From the NCBI GenBank assembly GCA_964057225.1, contig OZ059894.1, forward strand, positions 18,104,001 through 18,168,000: a stretch of DNA of 64,000 nt, written 5' to 3'. Source of the stretch: Auanema rhodensis. Its lineage: Eukaryota; Animalia; Nematoda. The notes under the pieces were generated by a model, which was not told where the DNA came from, did not search any database, and saw only the letters and a program-made list of their open reading frames with translations. Shown piece by piece: positions 57,000 through 64,000 of the stretch (the stretch's first letter is position 1; the number at the start of each line of letters is the position of its first letter). Position numbers and translations under genes: made by a program.

Positions 57000-58360
57000 G
57001 AGTTACATATCATGTGTACATCACGTGTACATTTAATTAGCATAAATTAAAGTTCACGTAAATTTCAAAGTCATGGTTACCATGCGCCTATATCAATAAA
57101 AATTTGTTTTTGAACTAATATGGCCATAGGGAATTTAATTTTGAAAACGGCATCTCTTCATCTTTGAGTTACATACCATGTGTACATCACGTGTACATTT
57201 AATTAGCATAAATTAAAGTTCACGTAAATTTTAAAGTCATGGTTACCATGCACCAATATCCATAAAAATTTGTTTTTAGACTAATATGGAAATGGGGAAT
57301 CTAATTTTGAAAACTGCATCTCTTTATCTTTTACGGGAAGCGAGTTACATACCATGTGCACATCACGTGTACATTTAATTAGCATAAATTAAAGTTCACG
57401 TAAATTTCAAAGTCATGGTTACCATGCACCAGTATCAATGAAAATTTGTTTTTGGACTAATATGGCCATCGGGAATTTAATTTTGAAAACGGCATCTCTT
57501 CATCTTTGAGTTACATACCATGTGTACATCACGTGTACATTTAATTAGCATAAATTAAAGTTCACGTAAATTTTAAAGTCATGGTTACCATGCACCAATA
57601 TCCATAAAAATTTGTTTTTAGACTAATATGGAAATGGGGAATCTAATTTTGAAAACCGCATCTCTTTATCTTTTACGGGAAGCGAGTTACATACCATGTG
57701 CACATCACGTGTACATTTAATTAGCATAAATTAAAGTTCACGTAAATTTCAAAGTCATGGTTACCATGCACCAGTATCAATGAAAATTTGTTTTTGGACT
57801 AATATGGCCATCGGGAATTTAATTTTGAAAACGGCATCTCTTCATCTTTGAGTTACATACCATGTGTACATCACGTGTACATTTAATTAGCATAAATTAA
57901 AGTTCACGTAAATTTTAAAGTCATGGTTACCATGCACCAATATCCATAAAAATTTGTTTTTAGACTAATATGGAAATGGGGAATCTAATTTTGAAAACCG
58001 CATCTCTTTATCTTTTACGGGAAGCGAGTTACATACCATGTGCACATCACGTGTACATTTAATTAGCATAAATTAAAGTTCACGTAAATTTCAAAGTCAT
58101 GGTTACCATGCACCAGTATCAATGAAAATTTGTTTTTGGACTAAAATGGCCATCGGGAATTTAATTTTGAAAACGGCATCTCTTCATCTTTGAGTTACAT
58201 ACCATGTGTACATCACGTGTACATTTAATTAGCATAAATTAAAGTTCACGTAAATTTTAAAGTCATGGTTACCATGCACCAATATCCATAAAAATTTGTT
58301 TTTAGACTAATATGGAAATGGGGAATCTAATTTTGAAAACCGCATCTCTTTATCTTTTAC
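57000..58360. repeat. Local 342-bp dimer array (166+176 bp)
   Basis: The 10-bp-deletion junction ctttgagttac has its G at 57166, 57508, 57850 and 58192, a spacing of 342 bp. Confidence 0.9.
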
Positions 58361-61300
58361 GGGAAGCGAGTTACATACCATGTGCACATCACGTGTACAT
58401 TTAATTAGCATAAATTAAAGTTCACGTAAATTTCAAAGTCATGGTTACCTTGCACCAGTATCAATGAAAATTTGTTTTCGGACTAATATGGCCATGGGGA
58501 ATCTAATTTTGAAAACCGCATCTCTTTATCTTTTACGGAAAGCGAGTTACATACCATGTGCCCATCACGTGTACATTTAATTAGCATAAATTAAAGTTCA
58601 CGTAAATTTTAAAGTCATGGATACCATGCACCAATATCCATAAAAATTTGTTTTTAGACTAATATGGACATGGGGAATCTAACTTTGAAAACCGCATCTC
58701 TTTATCTTTCACGGGAAGCGAGTTACATACCATGTGCCCATCACGTGTACATTTAATTAGCATAAATTAAAGTTCACGTAAATTTTAAAGTCATGGTTAC
58801 CATGCACTAATATCCATAAAAATTTGTTTTTAGACTAATATGGACATGGGGAATCTAACTTTGAAAACCGCATCTCTTTATCTTTCACGGGAAGCGAGTT
58901 ACATATCATGTGCACATCACGTGTACATTTATTTAGCATAAATTAAAGTTCACGTAAATTTTAAAGTCATGGTTACCATGCGCCTATATCAATAAAAATT
59001 TGTTTTTAGTCTAATATGGCCATGGGGAATCTAATTATGAAAACCGCATCTCTTTATCTTTTACGGGAAGCGAGTTACATACCATGTGTAAATCACGTGT
59101 ACATTTAATTAGCATAAATTAAAGTTCACGTAAATTTCAAAGTCATGGTTACCATGCGCCTATACCAATAAAAATTTGTTTTTAGTCTAATATGGCCATG
59201 GGGAATCTAATTATGAAAACCGCATCTCTTTATCTTTTACGGGAAGCGAGTTACATACCATGTGTAAATCACGTGTACATTTAATTAGCATAAATTAAAG
59301 TTCACGTAAATTTCAAAGTCATGGTTACCATGCACCAGTATCAATGAAAATTTGTTTTTGGACTAATATGGCCATAGGGAATTTAATTTTGAAAACGGCA
59401 TCTCTTCATCTTTGAGTTACATACCATGTGTACATCACGTGTACATTTAATTAGCATAAATTAAAGTTCACGTAAATTTCAAAGTCATGGTTACCATGCG
59501 CCTATATCAATAAAAATTTGTTTTTAGTCTAATATGGCCATGGGGAATCTAATTATGAAAACCGCATCTCTTTATCTTTTACGGGAAGCGAGTTACATAC
59601 CATGTGTAAATCACGTGTACATTTAATTAGCATAAATTAAAGTTCACGTAAATTTCAAAGTCATGGTTACCATGCACCTATATCAATAAAAATTTGTTTT
59701 CAGTCTAATATGGAAATGGGGAATCTAATTTTGAAAACCGCATCTCTTTATCTTTTACGGGAAGCGAGTTACATACCATGTGCACATCACGTGTACATTT
59801 AATTAGCATAAATTAAAGTTCACGTAAATTTTAAAGTCATGGTTACCATGCACCAGTATCAATGAAAATTTGTTTTTGGACTAATATGGCCATCGGGAAT
59901 TTAATTTTGAAAACGGCATCTCTTCATCTTTGAGTTACATACCATGTGTACATCACGTGTACATTTAATTAGCATAAATTAAAGTGCACGTAAATTTCAA
60001 AGTCATGGTTACCATGCACCTATATCAATGAAAATTTGTTTTCGGACTAATATGGCCATGGGGAATCTAATTTTGAAAACCGCATCTCTTTATCTTTTAC
60101 GGAAAGCGAGTTACATACCATGTGCCCATCACGTGTACATTTAATTAGCATAAATTAAAGTTCACGTAAATTTTAAAGTCATGGTTACCATGCACCAATA
60201 TCCATAAAAATTTGTTTTTAGACTAATATAGACATGGGGAATCTTACTTTGAAAACCGCTTCTTTTTATCTTTCACGGGAAGCGAGTTACATACCATGTG
60301 CCCATCACGTGTACATTTAATTAGCATAAATTAAAGTTCACGTAAATTTTAAAGTCATGGTTACCATGCACCAATATCCATAAAATATTGTTTTTAGACT
60401 AATATGGACATGGGGAATCTAATTTTGAAAACCGCATCTCTTTATCTTTCACGGGAAGCGAGTTACATATCATGTGCACATCACGTGTACATTTAATTAG
60501 CATAAATTAAAGTTCACGTAAATTTCAAAGTCATGGTTACCATGCACCTATATCAATAAAAATTTGTTTTCAGTCTAATATGGAAATGGGGAATCTGATT
60601 TTGAAAACCGCATATCTTTATCTTTTACGGGAAACGAGTTACATATCATGTGTACATCACGTGTACATTTAATTAGCATAAATTAAAGTTCACGTAAATT
60701 TCAAAGTCATGGTTACCATGCGCCTATATCAATAAAAATTTGTTTTTGAACTAATATGGCCATAGGGAATTTAATTTTGAAAACGGCATCTCTTCATCTT
60801 TGAGTTACATACCATGTGTACATCACGTGTACATTTAATTAGCATAAATTAAAGTTCACGTAAATTTTAAAGTCATGGTTACCATGCACCAATATCCATA
60901 AAAATTTGTTTTTAGACTAATATGGAAATGGGGAATCTAATTTTGAAAACTGCATCTCTTTATCTTTTACGGGAAGCGAGTTACATACCATGTGCACATC
61001 ACGTGTACATTTAATTAGCATAAATTAAAGTTCACGTAAATTTCAAAGTCATGGTTACCATGCACCAGTATCAATGAAAATTTGTTTTTGGACTAATATG
61101 GCCATCGGGAATTTAATTTTGAAAACGGCATCTCTTCATCTTTGAGTTACATACCATGTGTACATCACGTGTACATTTAATTAGCATAAATTAAAGTTCA
61201 CGTAAATTTTAAAGTCATGGTTACCATGCACCAATATCCATAAAAATTTGTTTTTAGACTAATATGGAAATGGGGAATCTAATTTTGAAAACCGCATCTC

Positions 61301-64000
61301 TTTATCTTTTACGGGAAGCGAGTTACATACCATGTGCACATCACGTGTACATTTAATTAGCATAAATTAAAGTTCACGTAAATTTCAAAGTCATGGTTAC
61401 CATGCACCAGTATCAATGAAAATTTGTTTTTGGACTAAAATGGCCATCGGGAATTTAATTTTGAAAACGGCATCTCTTCATCTTTGAGTTACATACCATG
61501 TGTACATCACGTGTACATTTAATTAGCATAAATTAAAGTTCACGTAAATTTTAAAGTCATGGTTACCATGCACCAATATCCATAAAAATTTGTTTTTAGA
61601 CTAATATGGAAATGGGGAATCTAATTTTGAAAACCGCATCTCTTTATCTTTTACGGGAAGCGAGTTACATACCATGTGCACATCACGTGTACATTTAATT
61701 AGCATAAATTAAAGTTCACGTAAATTTTAAAGTCATGGATACCATGCACCAGTATCAATGAAAATTTGTTTTTGGACTAATATGGCCATAGGGAATTTAA
61801 TTTTGAAAACGGCATCTCTTCATCTTTGAGTTACATACCATGTGTACATCACGTGTACATTTAATTAGCATAAATTAAAGTTCACGTAAATTTCAAAGTC
61901 ATGGTTACCATGCGCCTATATCAATAAAAATTTGTTTTTAGTCTAATATGGCCATGGGGAATCTAATTATGAAAACCGCATCTCTTTATCTTTTACGGGA
62001 AGCGAGTTACATACCATGTGTAAATCACGTGTACATTTAATTAGCATAAATTAAAGTTCACGTAAATTTCAAAGTCATGGTTACCATGCACCTATATCAA
62101 TAAAAATTTGTTTTCAGTCTAATATGGAAATGGGGAATCTAATTTTGAAAACCGCATCTCTTTATCTTTTACGGGAAGCGAGTTACATACCATGTGCACA
62201 TCACGTGTACATTTAATTAGCATAAATTAAAGTTCACGTAAATTTTAAAGTCATGGTTACCATGCACCAGTATCAATGAAAATTTGTTTTTGGACTAATA
62301 TGGCCATCGGGAATTTAATTTTGAAAACGGCATCTCTTCATCTTTGAGTTACATACCATGTGTACATCACGTGTACATTTAATTAGCATAAATTAAAGTG
62401 CACGTAAATTTCAAAGTCATGGTTACCATGCACCTATATCAATGAAAATTTGTTTTCGGACTAATATGGCCATGGGGAATCTAATTTTGAAAACCGCATC
62501 TCTTTATCTTTTACGGAAAGCGAGTTACATACCATGTGCCCATCACGTGTACATTTAATTAGCATAAATTAAAGTTCACGTAAATTTTAAAGTCATGGTT
62601 ACCATGCACCAATATCCATAAAAATTTGTTTTTAGACTAATATAGACATGGGGAATCTTACTTTGAAAACCGCTTCTTTTTATCTTTCACGGGAAGCGAG
62701 TTACATACCATGTGCCCATCACGTGTACATTTAATTAGCATAAATTAAAGTTCACGTAAATTTTAAAGTCATGGTTACCATGCACCAATATCCATAAAAT
62801 ATTGTTTTTAGACTAATATGGACATGGGGAATCTAATTTTGAAAACCGCATCTCTTTATCTTTCACGGGAAGCGAGTTACATATCATGTGCACATCACGT
62901 GTACATTTAATTAGCATAAATTAAAGTTCACGTAAATTTCAAAGTCATGGTTACCATGCACCTATATCAATAAAAATTTGTTTTCAGTCTAATATGGAAA
63001 TGGGGAATCTGATTTTGAAAACCGCATATCTTTATCTTTTACGGGAAACGAGTTACATATCATGTGTACATCACGTGTACATTTAATTAGCATAAATTAA
63101 AGTTCACGTAAATTTCAAAGTCATGGTTACCATGCGCCTATATCAATAAAAATTTGTTTTTGAACTAATATGGCCATAGGGAATTTAATTTTGAAAACGG
63201 CATCTCTTCATCTTTGAGTTACATACCATGTGTACATCACGTGTACATTTAATTAGCATAAATTAAAGTTCACGTAAATTTTAAAGTCATGGTTACCATG
63301 CACCAATATCCATAAAAATTTGTTTTTAGACTAATATGGAAATGGGGAATCTAATTTTGAAAACTGCATCTCTTTATCTTTTACGGGAAGCGAGTTACAT
63401 ACCATGTGCACATCACGTGTACATTTAATTAGCATAAATTAAAGTTCACGTAAATTTCAAAGTCATGGTTACCATGCACCAGTATCAATGAAAATTTGTT
63501 TTTGGACTAATATGGCCATCGGGAATTTAATTTTGAAAACGGCATCTCTTCATCTTTGAGTTACATACCATGTGTACATCACGTGTACATTTAATTAGCA
63601 TAAATTAAAGTTCACGTAAATTTTAAAGTCATGGTTACCATGCACCAATATCCATAAAAATTTGTTTTTAGACTAATATGGAAATGGGGAATCTAATTTT
63701 GAAAACCGCATCTCTTTATCTTTTACGGGAAGCGAGTTACATACCATGTGCACATCACGTGTACATTTAATTAGCATAAATTAAAGTTCACGTAAATTTC
63801 AAAGTCATGGTTACCATGCACCAGTATCAATGAAAATTTGTTTTTGGACTAAAATGGCCATCGGGAATTTAATTTTGAAAACGGCATCTCTTCATCTTTG
63901 AGTTACATACCATGTGTACATCACGTGTACATTTAATTAGCATAAATTAAAGTTCACGTAAATTTTAAAGTCATGGTTACCATGCACCAATATCCATAAA

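Larger units (their letters stand above)
1..64000. repeat. Tandem satellite DNA array, 176-bp monomer (with 166-bp and 120-bp deletion variants), about 365 copies, putatively centromeric/pericentromeric
   Basis: The unit gggaagcgagttacataccatgtgcacatcacgtgtacatttaattagcataaattaaagttcacg...accgcatctctttatcttttac recurs at 1, 177, 353, 529 and onward (period 176) to the end of the window. Monomers differ only at a limited set of recurring positions, and no inversion was seen. The centromeric label is inferred from unit length and array homogeneity only. Confidence 0.99.
55340..64000. repeat. Three related blocks with 3636-bp and 2414-bp offsets
   Basis: Marker aaagtgcacg (G at 56350, 59986, 62400) and marker aaactgc (T at 57315, 60951, 63365). 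Also shared are cgcttcttt, aaatattg, tctgatttt and ttgaact. Confidence 0.9.

Noticed and set aside
1-64000. CRISPR array or repeat-spacer system
   Set aside because: There are no unique spacers; the entire unit is repeated with only SNV and indel variants, and there are no cas or other genes.

Overview
Almost the whole 64 kb is one head-to-tail array of an AT-rich 176-bp satellite DNA (roughly 365 monomers, all in the same orientation). This is eukaryotic satellite DNA, plausibly centromeric or pericentromeric; I cannot assign the organism. There is no credible protein-coding or RNA gene, and the single ORF arises from one point substitution. The monomers fall into a few linked variant types, including a frequent 166-bp type (10-bp deletion) and three 120-bp monomers (56-bp deletion). 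These types are arranged as nested, irregular block duplications (342, 1156, 1564, 2414, 2434, 3480, 3500, 3636, 5220 and 6738 bp) rather than one fixed higher-order repeat. The only non-satellite DNA is a 136-bp insertion at 55524-55659 flanked by a 5-bp AATTA duplication, resembling the 3' tip of a 5'-truncated non-LTR retroelement on the minus strand. Two monomers downstream, a tract of up to 116 bp appears copied from the right junction of that insertion, which looks like a directional gene-conversion event. I found no evidence of a novel gene-based system.
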